The translations under genes were made by a program, and so were the position numbers. The notes beneath the pieces are model-generated. The model ran no database searches, was not told the origin of the DNA, and worked only from the letters and a program-made list of their open reading frames with translations. DNA of 64,000 bases from an uncultured Spirochaetales bacterium. Its GTDB lineage: Bacteria > Spirochaetota > Spirochaetia > Treponematales > JBGSOB01. Below are positions 1 to 8,180 of this stretch, one piece after another. The stretch is taken from NCBI GenBank assembly GCA_964470375.1, contig CAYYCP010000001.1, positions 63,686-127,685 on the forward strand. Direction: 5' to 3'. How positions within the stretch are numbered: position 1 is the first letter of the stretch; each line of letters starts with the position of its first letter.

Positions 1-1
1 T

Positions 2-382
2 GTGGAGGCCAGGAACAAGGGGCTCAAGGCCCTTTTCATGATCGTTCCCATGGATGGCTTCTTGGACGCGGCCTGCTCTTTCTCGCCCCTGATCGAACGC
101 TACCGCCTCTTCGAAGAAACCTGCGGTTTAATCTCCCGCATCCTCCCGCCTCCAGGGAAGGTCCTGCCCCTGCCCCGCTTCCATGCCGGCATCCTGGCCT
201 GCTCATTGTCCGCGTCGGATCCGGAGCTCCTCCTGGCCCAACTGGGAGCCTCCCTCGCCCGCATCGTCCCGGGTCGGCCTAGTCCGCATCTTTCGGCATC
301 CGCGAGCTTCGCCCTCCCTGCGGATCAGGCTGCCCTGGATGCCATCCTCCATCCCGAACGGAGCGAGGCCCGCCCTGGATGA
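2..382 (+). CDS. hypothetical protein, 3' fragment (frame open to window edge)
   Basis: The frame runs from the window edge. Its TGA stop overlaps the next ATG as ATGA (379-382), implying the same operon as the DUF115 genes. No recognisable motif. Confidence 0.4.
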   Translation: MEARNKGLKALFMIVPMDGFLDAACSFSPLIERYRLFEETCGLISRILPPPGKVLPLPRFHAGILACSLSASDPELLLAQLGASLARIVPGRPSPHLSASASFALPADQAALDAILHPERSEARPG

Positions 383-1926
383 GTCTGAACATAAGCCTGG
401 GGCCGGGCGGTCAGCCGACGGCATCCTCAGGCGGCGTCCGCCTGCACTCCGCCTACCGGCCTGATGAGGAAGCCGAGCGCCAAGCGCGCTCGGCTGACGT
501 CAGCGCGTCGGCCTTCATCGTCCTCGGAGGCTGCCTCGGGTACCTATTCGGGGCCTTGAAGCGCCTCTATCCCGGAGTGCCGGTCTTTTCCATTCAGTAC
601 CATCCGGGCTTCCGCGGGCATGAGGTCTACCAGGCAGACGCCGCCTGGTACCCTGACCATGACGAGTCCATAGAAGCCTTCCTCCAATCGATCCTCGACG
701 CTGAAGACCTTGAGTCCCTCAGGGTCATGGAGTGGGAACCCGCCGTCCGCGCCTTTCCCGAAACAGCCCGCGCCGCCGAACAAGCCCTTAGGTCGGCCCT
801 TCTAGCCCTGAACGGTACGGCCAACAGCCTGGCCGTCTTCGGGCGGGCCTTCCTCTACAATCCGCCGCTTGCCCTCTCAAACGAAGGCGTATGGATTGTA
901 CCGGGGGACAGGGGCGATATACCCTGTGTCATCGCCGCGGCGGGCCCCTCCCTCGAGGAGGCCCTGCCCCTCCTGATCCAGGCTAGGGAGGACTACTTCT
1001 TAGCCTGCCTCTCCTCGGCCCTGCCGGCCTTAGTCCTGGCAGGCATACGCCCTGACATGGTCTTCAGCGCCGATGCGGGCTATTGGGCCCAGGCCCACCT
1101 TAACCCCGGCCTCATGGCGGGCCTGCCCCTGGCTGCGCCCCTGGAGGCGCGCATACCCCCGGGTCTGAGGGGATGCTCCCCGCGCCTCCTCCTGCGCCGT
1201 GGCGGCGCCTACGAGGATGCCCTTTTAGGCCCCCGGGCGCCCCGCGGCGTCAGGGCGCCCACCACAGCCACCGTGGCGGCCCAGACCCTTGAGGCCTGCG
1301 CAGCCCTGTCATCAGGTCCCATCATCATGGCGGGCTTGGATCTCTCCTCCCGCGACATCCGCTCCCATGCCCGCCCCAACGCCCTGGATGCCTATGTGAC
1401 GCGGGACTGCGGACGGCTCTCCCCCGCCCATGCCCTGATCTTCGAGCGCGAAACAGGTCTCTTTCCGCGGCGCTTAGGGGATAGGCGATTCTCGCCCCAG
1501 TTCGAGACCTACGCCGCTTGGCTCGCCAGGGTATGCCACGGAAGCGAAAAGATATTCCGCCTTGCACCCGGGGCCCCTCCCCTCGAGGGGCTTAGGGATT
1601 TGGATGGCCCCGCCTTCCTGAACCTTGTCCACAGGCGAGGGCGGCCGCCCGTCTTCTCGGAAGTCTCCGACATGCCCCCTCCAGGCTGTATTGAACGCGC
1701 CCTGTTCCTCATCCGGGATTCTATGGAGGCATTCGCCTCCGATGACCCCCTGAGCGGCTTGCAGCGCGAGGTCTGTGCCTGCGCCTGCATGTCCAGCCAC
1801 CTCAAGCGGCGCAAGGCCTTGCGCGACGCGAATCCGGGCCTCAAGTCCATAGCAGTCGAGGAGATGCGCGGGCGCATGGCGAGGATCGAGCGCCGCTTGC
1901 TCGCTCTCAAGGGCGGCCCTGCGTGA
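379..1926 (+). CDS. DUF115 (MptE-like / motility accessory factor Maf-like) protein
   Basis: 515 aa. CVIAAAGPSLEEALPLL followed by IRPDMVFSADAGYW matches the GxGPSL ... PD-x-V-x-x-D core of DUF115/Maf proteins. Start and stop both overlap the neighbouring genes. Confidence 0.75.
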   Translation: MSLNISLGPGGQPTASSGGVRLHSAYRPDEEAERQARSADVSASAFIVLGGCLGYLFGALKRLYPGVPVFSIQYHPGFRGHEVYQADAAWYPDHDESIEAFLQSILDAEDLESLRVMEWEPAVRAFPETARAAEQALRSALLALNGTANSLAVFGRAFLYNPPLALSNEGVWIVPGDRGDIPCVIAAAGPSLEEALPLLIQAREDYFLACLSSALPALVLAGIRPDMVFSADAGYWAQAHLNPGLMAGLPLAAPLEARIPPGLRGCSPRLLLRRGGAYEDALLGPRAPRGVRAPTTATVAAQTLEACAALSSGPIIMAGLDLSSRDIRSHARPNALDAYVTRDCGRLSPAHALIFERETGLFPRRLGDRRFSPQFETYAAWLARVCHGSEKIFRLAPGAPPLEGLRDLDGPAFLNLVHRRGRPPVFSEVSDMPPPGCIERALFLIRDSMEAFASDDPLSGLQREVCACACMSSHLKRRKALRDANPGLKSIAVEEMRGRMARIERRLLALKGGPA

Positions 1927-3611
1927 GCCCGGGCGCCGTGATACTGGAAGCCAACCTGGCCGCCCTGGCTCTACGGCACCCTGACATCGCCCAACGCGTC
2001 AGAGCCGCGCCGCCCGATCCGCGCCTTTCCGTGGAGACCTCACGAACGGGGCTGCCCGTGCCGGTGCTGGCGGTCGGCACTTCCCGCCTGGCCCTACACT
2101 CACGCTACGATCCGGAGAAGGAAGCCGCCCGCATGGTCGAGGCGGCCGCCCAGGATGGCTTTGCCATCTGCCACGGCCTCGGCGCCGCTTACCATCTGCG
2201 GGTCCTGCTTTCGCGGCCGGGGACGCGCGGCCTCATGGTGCTGGAATACGGGGCCGGCCTGCTGCGCTCTATCCTCTCTGCCGCTCCCATGCAGGATGTC
2301 CTGGGGGATCCACGCCTGAGCTTGGTCCTGGACGGAAACGCCGGCGAGTGCGCCGCCGCCCTCATGGACTCCTACAGCCCGATCCTGTCAGGCGGCGTAT
2401 TCAGCTTGGTTCTCAAAACCCGCGTAGACGCGGAGCGCCGCCTCTACGATCAAGCCCTCGACGGCATCGAAGCCGCGCTGAAGCGCATCGGGGCTGACGC
2501 GGCCGTGCAGAGTATCTTCGGCCGCCGCTGGTTCACGAATATCCTGGGGAACCTCCAGGCCGCCCAGGCCTCGAGCCTGAGCTTGCCCTGCTCCCGCCTT
2601 GTCCTAGTGGCCGCAGCCGGGCCCTCCCTGGAGGACCAGGTTCCAGCCATAGCCGCCGCCCGCCGTCGCGGCGGCTTCCTCATCGGAGTGGACAGCGCCC
2701 TCCCCCTCCTGCGCTCGCGCGGCCTCGAGCCCGACGCCATTCTGAGCCTGGATTGTCAACAAGTTTCCTATACCCACTTCCTGGGAAATCCGGCCATGGA
2801 CACTCCCCTCGTCCTGGACCTGGCGAGTCCCCCCTGCCTGGCGCGCTCCGCCGCCCGCCCGGGCTTCTTCGCCTCCGGCCATCCATTCTGCCGCCTTGTC
2901 TCCAAGCGCCTGCGCGTCCTGCCGATCCTGGACACCAGCGGTGGCAACGTCACCCATGCCGCCCTCTCCCTAGCGGATACCCTAGGAGCCGAAGAGATCC
3001 GCCTCTACGGGGCCGACTATTCCTATCCGCGCGGCAAGGCCTATGCCCGCGGCACTTACCTTTACGGCATCTTCGGCCAACGCGTCGGCCGCCTCTCGCC
3101 CTTGGAGACGCGCTTCGCGGATTTCATCTTCCGCGATCCGCGCACCACCCGTGAGCCTGGAAGGGGGGGCTTCACCTACCGCAGCCCAACCCTGGACGCC
3201 TACCGTGAGGAGGCCCGCCGCCTAGCCCTGGGCTTGGGAGCGCACCTGATTCCCGAGCCCGGCCAGGGACCACCCCTTATGATCGGGCAGCCCCTCTTTA
3301 GTCTCTCGGGAACCAAGGCTCCGGAGCGGTGTACCGGGGGCTCATTCGAGGCCGGGCCGGCCTTGAGCACAGTCAGGGACTTCCTGGAAGGATTCAGGGA
3401 TACGCTGAGTTCGATGGGTCAGCCCGCCCATGCCTGTCTCTCTGCCCTTCGGGCGCTTGGCGGGGAGAAAGCCGATGCCTGGCTCTGTATCCTCCCCATC
3501 GCAGCCTCTCTGAGGAGTGATGCCGCCGGCCCGTCCGAGCTCCTGGAAAGGACCAGGCTATGGACCCTTTCCAGGACGGAAGGCTATCTCCAGACCCTTC
3601 CGCTGCGGTAG
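1923..3611 (+). CDS. DUF115 (MptE-like / motility accessory factor Maf-like) protein, second tandem copy
   Basis: 562 aa. LVLVAAAGPSLEDQ, GVDSALPLL, EPDAILSLDCQ and GGNVTHAALSLADTLGAEEIRLYGADYSY form the DUF115 core. The GTG start overlaps the stop of the previous gene (GTGA). Confidence 0.8.
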   Translation: MSPGAVILEANLAALALRHPDIAQRVRAAPPDPRLSVETSRTGLPVPVLAVGTSRLALHSRYDPEKEAARMVEAAAQDGFAICHGLGAAYHLRVLLSRPGTRGLMVLEYGAGLLRSILSAAPMQDVLGDPRLSLVLDGNAGECAAALMDSYSPILSGGVFSLVLKTRVDAERRLYDQALDGIEAALKRIGADAAVQSIFGRRWFTNILGNLQAAQASSLSLPCSRLVLVAAAGPSLEDQVPAIAAARRRGGFLIGVDSALPLLRSRGLEPDAILSLDCQQVSYTHFLGNPAMDTPLVLDLASPPCLARSAARPGFFASGHPFCRLVSKRLRVLPILDTSGGNVTHAALSLADTLGAEEIRLYGADYSYPRGKAYARGTYLYGIFGQRVGRLSPLETRFADFIFRDPRTTREPGRGGFTYRSPTLDAYREEARRLALGLGAHLIPEPGQGPPLMIGQPLFSLSGTKAPERCTGGSFEAGPALSTVRDFLEGFRDTLSSMGQPAHACLSALRALGGEKADAWLCILPIAASLRSDAAGPSELLERTRLWTLSRTEGYLQTLPLR

Positions 3612-4669
3612 CCGAAATGGCGGTAAGCCAGGTCGCTGTACTCTTCGGCTGCCCGCCGGATGGCCGGACCCAGGGCCTGGCCGCGTTTGAGCCAGGACCC
3701 ATCGCCGCCGCGATCCTGCTCGAGGAATTCAGCCACGCTTCGACCGAAGTAATCGAGGGTGCCGGCTTCATCCAGCTGGAGAAAGTAGGCCATGAATTCG
3801 TTGTCCATGAGGTCTTGGTCGCCGATATCGAAATCCTTGTAGTCCATGAACTCTTCCACGTAGGCCCGTAAGTCGGCTTCCATACCGGCTCTCAGAGCGG
3901 CCGCGTCCCGGGCGAAGGCGGGCACGGTGAAATAGAGGGCGTGATAGAGCTCATGGACGATGAAGCGCCGCTCCATGGCCGGGGCGGATTCGGCCGAGAC
4001 GGAAACGATGGCCCGGTCCGGCTCTCCCCTGAAGGCACCTCCCTCCGCCAGGATATGGCCCTGGGCGAGGAGGAGGGCGCGCAGCTCCTCTTCCTCGCGA
4101 TTGAGGGGAAACCCTTCCTCGAGGGCTTGGCTGAAGAAGCGCGCCAGATCGCGGGCCCGGTAGTCGTGCGCGTTCCACCCGTGAAGGCCGGCGATCTCCT
4201 CATCCCGGGCTAGGCGCCCACGGAAGCCTGCCTTTTCCACGAAGAAGGCCAGGCGCTTAAGCCAGCGGTCCTGGGTGGCGTAGTCTGCGAAGCGTAGGAT
4301 GAGAATGCCCGGCCTGTCCGCCCATGAGAAGACATCGTAACCCTTGCCGCGGAAAGCCCTCGGGTCGCTCTCGAGGACGTCCAGGGGACTGGCGGGAATG
4401 GGATGGAGGGAGGCCTTTTCAGGCTGACTGCTCCCATCATCCGGCGCGGCCGTCTCTATCTCTGCGGCCGCCCGAGACTCGCCGAGCGGCTCCCTCAAAA
4501 CGGTTTCCGCCTCTCTTTCGTCCGTTTTGGCCTCAAGCCTGCCTCGCGAGCAGACTGAAGTCATGAAAGCGACGGACGAGAGAGAGACGACCAGGAATAC
4601 CGTGCCAAGCCGGTGCGTTCTGCATGCCCTCGGCGGCTTGACCGGGCGGTTCCGGTGAGCCTGGCTCAA
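3584..4669 (-). CDS. hypothetical secreted protein or lipoprotein with HExxH motif (putative metallopeptidase)
   Basis: 361 aa. The N-terminal hydrophobic segment ends FMTSVCS (possible lipobox Cys). There is a single HExxH in FIVHELYHALYF. ATGA-coupled to the upstream gene. No named family recognised. Confidence 0.5.
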   Translation of the reverse strand: MSQAHRNRPVKPPRACRTHRLGTVFLVVSLSSVAFMTSVCSRGRLEAKTDEREAETVLREPLGESRAAAEIETAAPDDGSSQPEKASLHPIPASPLDVLESDPRAFRGKGYDVFSWADRPGILILRFADYATQDRWLKRLAFFVEKAGFRGRLARDEEIAGLHGWNAHDYRARDLARFFSQALEEGFPLNREEEELRALLLAQGHILAEGGAFRGEPDRAIVSVSAESAPAMERRFIVHELYHALYFTVPAFARDAAALRAGMEADLRAYVEEFMDYKDFDIGDQDLMDNEFMAYFLQLDEAGTLDYFGRSVAEFLEQDRGGDGSWLKRGQALGPAIRRAAEEYSDLAYRHFGYRSGRVWR

Positions 4670-5439
4670 TGTATCAGGGCGAAGATATTCTTCGCCAAGA
4701 GCTTGGCGATCTCGTACTTGCGGGCCTGCGTGAGTTGGTCCTCGTGCCGCACGAGGTTTTCCCAGCAGCCCATGAAGTCGTCAGGCAGCAAGGCCAGGCC
4801 GGGCAGTTCGCGCATGGTGAAGCGGTAGGCGGGCTCGAAGCGCATGTTCAGGGCGAAGAGGGTCGAAACGGTGGAGGTGAGGAACTCGGAGAGGGACACC
4901 ACGGAGTAAAAATCGTCCGCGCGCATGACTGAGGCCCCCAGGTCCGCGAGGTAGTGCTCCATTTTGGCTGAGAAGGCTGCTACCAGTCCCTTCCAGAAAT
5001 CCGGCGGAAGGTCCTGAATGGCCTCTCGTGCGGAATCGATCCAGCCCCCGCGCGAGAAGAGCACCTGGCACTCGCGCAGGCGGTAGAAGGGATGGGTGCC
5101 GGTCTCGCGGATGGCCGAGGCCAGGGCGTCGCGCCCCCTCACTAATTGATCCACGCGATCTACGTCTCGATATTCCACATGCACCGGCAGGGACTCGATG
5201 AAGAAGCGGTCCTTGGCTTGGTGGATGGCCGTTTCGAAAGGGGTCGGGTCGCCGTAAATCTTGCGCCGCCGCGCCAGGGCCGGCGCTGAGCCTCGGTAGT
5301 ATACGTCCAATACGAGGGTGAAATAGGGATCCAGGATATCGGCCTCGGCCGCCTCGCCGAGGGTGACGCACTCAACCTCGGCCAGCCCCGAGAGTCCTTG
5401 GGCCAGGGCCTTGGAGATCCTCTCGACTTTCAGGCGCAT
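4666..5439 (-). CDS. hypothetical protein (possibly a degenerate nucleotidyltransferase-fold protein)
   Basis: 257 aa with coding-like GC3 codon usage. The N-terminal VTLGEAAEADILDPYFTLVLDVYY only loosely resembles a minimal NTase G-x ... D-x-D strand pair. First gene of a two-gene minus-strand unit. Confidence 0.45.
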   Translation of the reverse strand: MRLKVERISKALAQGLSGLAEVECVTLGEAAEADILDPYFTLVLDVYYRGSAPALARRRKIYGDPTPFETAIHQAKDRFFIESLPVHVEYRDVDRVDQLVRGRDALASAIRETGTHPFYRLRECQVLFSRGGWIDSAREAIQDLPPDFWKGLVAAFSAKMEHYLADLGASVMRADDFYSVVSLSEFLTSTVSTLFALNMRFEPAYRFTMRELPGLALLPDDFMGCWENLVRHEDQLTQARKYEIAKLLAKNIFALIH

Positions 5440-5532
5440 GGGCCTGTCCTTCCATTTGCCATACGCCTACTGTATCATGGGCGCGTGGATTTGTTAACCG
5501 CGGTGGGAGCAAGAGGGAGTCTCCTCGCCGCC

Positions 5533-6096
5533 ATGGTTCCGCGAATATCCTCCAGCGCCCCGGTTGAGACTTTCAGAAGGGAGCTCGTGCGCTCCCGGGA
5601 TTCGTCTTTCATGGCCCCCCTGCCCCTCCTCCTCCCCCTGGGCTACCTGCTCGAAACGCCTTCTCCAGCTTGTTTGCGCCTGGCCGCCGAGACCCTGCGC
5701 GGCGACTACCTGGCGGGCGGCCTCGTGGAGCGCGATGCCTGGCTCTTCTTGCGTGTATCGGAAGGCGGTGCTTGCACTAATGGCGATGGACTCTCCAGGG
5801 AGATAGAAGATCCCGAAGCAGGCCGGATCGCGCGGGCCTCCGCCCGCCTCGGTTGCCGGGAGGACGGCCCTATCCCGGTGTTCCCCGGCCTGGCCCTAGG
5901 CTGGGGCGAGGCGCCCTTCCCACCCGCCTTCGGCACCCTCAGGATGGGAGCTTGGGACCTTGTCATCCTGAAGCTATGCCCCGGCCCCGGCGGCATCAAG
6001 GAGGCCTGCGCATGGGAGAACGTCGCCAGCCTGCCCCTGCGCAAAGGCCGGCCCGACAATGCCCGCCGGGATCATCGCTCCCAGGCGGCCTCCTAG
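5533..6096 (+). CDS. hypothetical protein
   Basis: This is the only long GC3-rich frame in an otherwise unassigned 770-nt region. ATG 5533 is preceded by AGAGGGAG about 12 nt upstream. The ORF-track start (TTG 5398) would overlap the divergent gene. No motif recognised. Confidence 0.35.
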   Translation: MVPRISSSAPVETFRRELVRSRDSSFMAPLPLLLPLGYLLETPSPACLRLAAETLRGDYLAGGLVERDAWLFLRVSEGGACTNGDGLSREIEDPEAGRIARASARLGCREDGPIPVFPGLALGWGEAPFPPAFGTLRMGAWDLVILKLCPGPGGIKEACAWENVASLPLRKGRPDNARRDHRSQAAS

Positions 6097-6207
6097 CCAG
6101 CCCGGGGTCGGCGTGTTATATTCCTGTCGATGTAACCTTGCGGCGGCCCGTCGGTTGAATGGCAGGCCCACGCCATTGCGCAGCGCCGCCCATTCGTCCG
6201 ACTCGAG

Positions 6208-6861
6208 GTGAAAATGACTAGCTCCCGTCTCCTCATGCTCGCCTTCATCGTCCCAGCCCTGGCCCTGTCAGCCTCACTGGCGGCCCAGGACGGCGCCCAG
6301 GAGCCCGGGCTATCCGAGGCGCCGGATGAGGGCCTGGCCACCAGCGTCTCCGAGATGAATCCCTACCGCCCGGGCGACGCGATCTTCAGCATCCAGGCCG
6401 GCGCCAACCTGCCCCTCTTTTTTCAGTCGATGAGCTCCGGCAAGATCCTGCCCACCCAGCTCTTCCCGGGCGGCAGCATATCCCTGCGCTATATGGGCTT
6501 CGTCGCCAAGGGCCTGGCCCTGGGCGGGGAGCTGGGGGCGTCCTTCAACGTGCACCTGAACAAGACCCGCACACTCTATATGGTTCCGTTCACATTCCAA
6601 CTCTCATGGATACCGATGCGCATGCCCTTCGAATTCCCCATCGGAGTAGGCCTTGGAGGCGTCCTCCTGAACCTAGCGGGTTCCTATAAATTCGATCCCA
6701 TCCTGCGCCCCGAGGCGGGCATCTTCTACCGCTCGGATCCGACCTGGTCCTTCGGCCTCCTCCTGTCCTACGATTGGAGCCCGCAATTCTACACCGACCC
6801 GACCTTCGATATGTTCGGGAACGTGCTCACCCTCAAGCTCTCGGCCTTGTACAGGCTTTAG
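6208..6861 (+). CDS. secreted protein, candidate small outer-membrane beta-barrel
   Basis: 217 aa. The signal peptide is MKMTSSRLLMLAFIVPALALSASLAAQ. Alternating hydrophobic/aromatic strands with Gly-rich turns follow (ISLRYMGFV, LALGGELGASFNV, WSFGLLLSYDW, LTLKLSALYRL). Size is compatible with 8-stranded OmpW/OmpA-like barrels. Confidence 0.5.
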   Translation: MKMTSSRLLMLAFIVPALALSASLAAQDGAQEPGLSEAPDEGLATSVSEMNPYRPGDAIFSIQAGANLPLFFQSMSSGKILPTQLFPGGSISLRYMGFVAKGLALGGELGASFNVHLNKTRTLYMVPFTFQLSWIPMRMPFEFPIGVGLGGVLLNLAGSYKFDPILRPEAGIFYRSDPTWSFGLLLSYDWSPQFYTDPTFDMFGNVLTLKLSALYRL

Positions 6862-6872
6862 GGGTACCCTCG

Positions 6873-8180
6873 ATGAGATACACCGCCCGCCGCGCGGCCT
6901 GCCTGGCCGCCATCGCCGCCGCCCTCCTCGCCTCCTGCTCGGACGAACCCGAGGGCATCTATTACAGCCTCGCCCACGAGCAGCCCATCAACCGGGACGC
7001 CTCCAAGGTCCTGGCCGGGTCCACACCCTCGGGCATCGCGCGCTTCGGGGACGCCTACTACCTGGCCGCCGGCGCCATCTACAAGCGCGGCCTCACGCGG
7101 GCCAAGGACGCCTGGGCGGCCATGACCATGCCCTCCGGCGCCAGCCTCTGCGTCGACCTGGCCCCCAGCACCACCCGCCTCTACGCCGCCTTCCAGGACC
7201 AGGCCGCGGCCAACCTGGGCCTCTACGCCTGGGACGGGAGCGCCTGGACTGCGGTCAGCCCCGCCAGCCTGGGCCTCTCCAGCATGCGCATCGTGGCCCT
7301 CATCGATTCGGGGACCGAGGTCTTTGTCTCCACCTCCGAGACCATCGGCTCGGGCGATAGCGTCGAAACGCGCCTGCGCCTGTACCGCGTCAACGACGCG
7401 GCGCCCGACGTCTCGGGCCCTGTCCTGGACATCCTCTACGATGATGCCAATCCCTGGGACGCCCGGGCCATCCTCTCCGGCACCTTCGACGGGACCGAGC
7501 ACTGGTTCGTCTCGGGGGCCAGTATCTACCACGGCCCTGCGGCCGGCCCAATGACCCTCCTGAGCGGCGAGACGGGTATGCCCGGCGAAACCGCCGCCAC
7601 CCGGGTCAACCTCAAGTCCGTGCACTGGTCGGCCGATCTGGGTCGGCTCATCTTCGCCACCGGCTCCGGCATGTTCCGTGCCACGGCCGAGGCCGACCTG
7701 ACCGGTTCCACCCCAGGCGTAATCTACGCCCGCCTCCCGAGCGGGACATGGGAGAAGAGCGCCGCCATCAGCATGGCCGCGGATCCCACCAAGGGCGGGC
7801 GGGCTAACTTCACGGACACCCTGGCCATCGGTTCCGCCTCCGGTGATTTTCTCCTCTGCGGCATCGAGTCGAGCTTGAAATACGGTGACGGTAACACCCA
7901 AGAGACTAAGGCCGCGGCGGCCTGCGGTTACGGGACCTACCGCCCGGCGGCCGACGGCTCAATAGCCGGTATAGCCGCGGCCGGTATGGAGCCGACCCCC
8001 ATCGCCACCTGGACGAGCTTCAGCACCACCCTGGCCACAAGCGCGGTGCTGTCCTTCAGGCTGGATGCAGATCTAGCCGGCGGAGACATGGTTCTCTTCG
8101 CCCTCACCCAGGGCAAGGGCCTCTGGTCGAACATCTATGACGGTCAGAGCTCTACCTGGGAAGGCTGGTTCAGGGAATAG
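6873..8180 (+). CDS. lipoprotein, repeat-rich (beta-propeller-like) domain
   Basis: The in-frame ATG at 6873 gives MRYTARRAACLAAIAAALLASC, a signal peptide with lipobox LLASC. Recurrent ~45-aa segments (LYAWDGSAWTAV, LRLYRVND, HWFVSGASIYHG, LIFATGSGMFRA, GKGLWSN) suggest a propeller. The ORF-track start at 6774 lies inside the previous gene. Confidence 0.6.
   Translation: MRYTARRAACLAAIAAALLASCSDEPEGIYYSLAHEQPINRDASKVLAGSTPSGIARFGDAYYLAAGAIYKRGLTRAKDAWAAMTMPSGASLCVDLAPSTTRLYAAFQDQAAANLGLYAWDGSAWTAVSPASLGLSSMRIVALIDSGTEVFVSTSETIGSGDSVETRLRLYRVNDAAPDVSGPVLDILYDDANPWDARAILSGTFDGTEHWFVSGASIYHGPAAGPMTLLSGETGMPGETAATRVNLKSVHWSADLGRLIFATGSGMFRATAEADLTGSTPGVIYARLPSGTWEKSAAISMAADPTKGGRANFTDTLAIGSASGDFLLCGIESSLKYGDGNTQETKAAAACGYGTYRPAADGSIAGIAAAGMEPTPIATWTSFSTTLATSAVLSFRLDADLAGGDMVLFALTQGKGLWSNIYDGQSSTWEGWFRE

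Noticed and set aside
5398-5532. TTG-initiated 5' part of the 232-aa ORF
   Set aside because: It would overlap the divergent gene start at 5439. The internal ATG 5533 has an RBS-like AGAGGGAG. Even the shortened CDS is only weakly supported.
6858-7901. 347-aa minus-strand ORF opposite the lipoprotein gene
   Set aside because: It gives a Gly/Arg/Ala-rich nonsense-like translation with no start context. The plus-strand frame has the signal peptide, lipobox and repeat structure.
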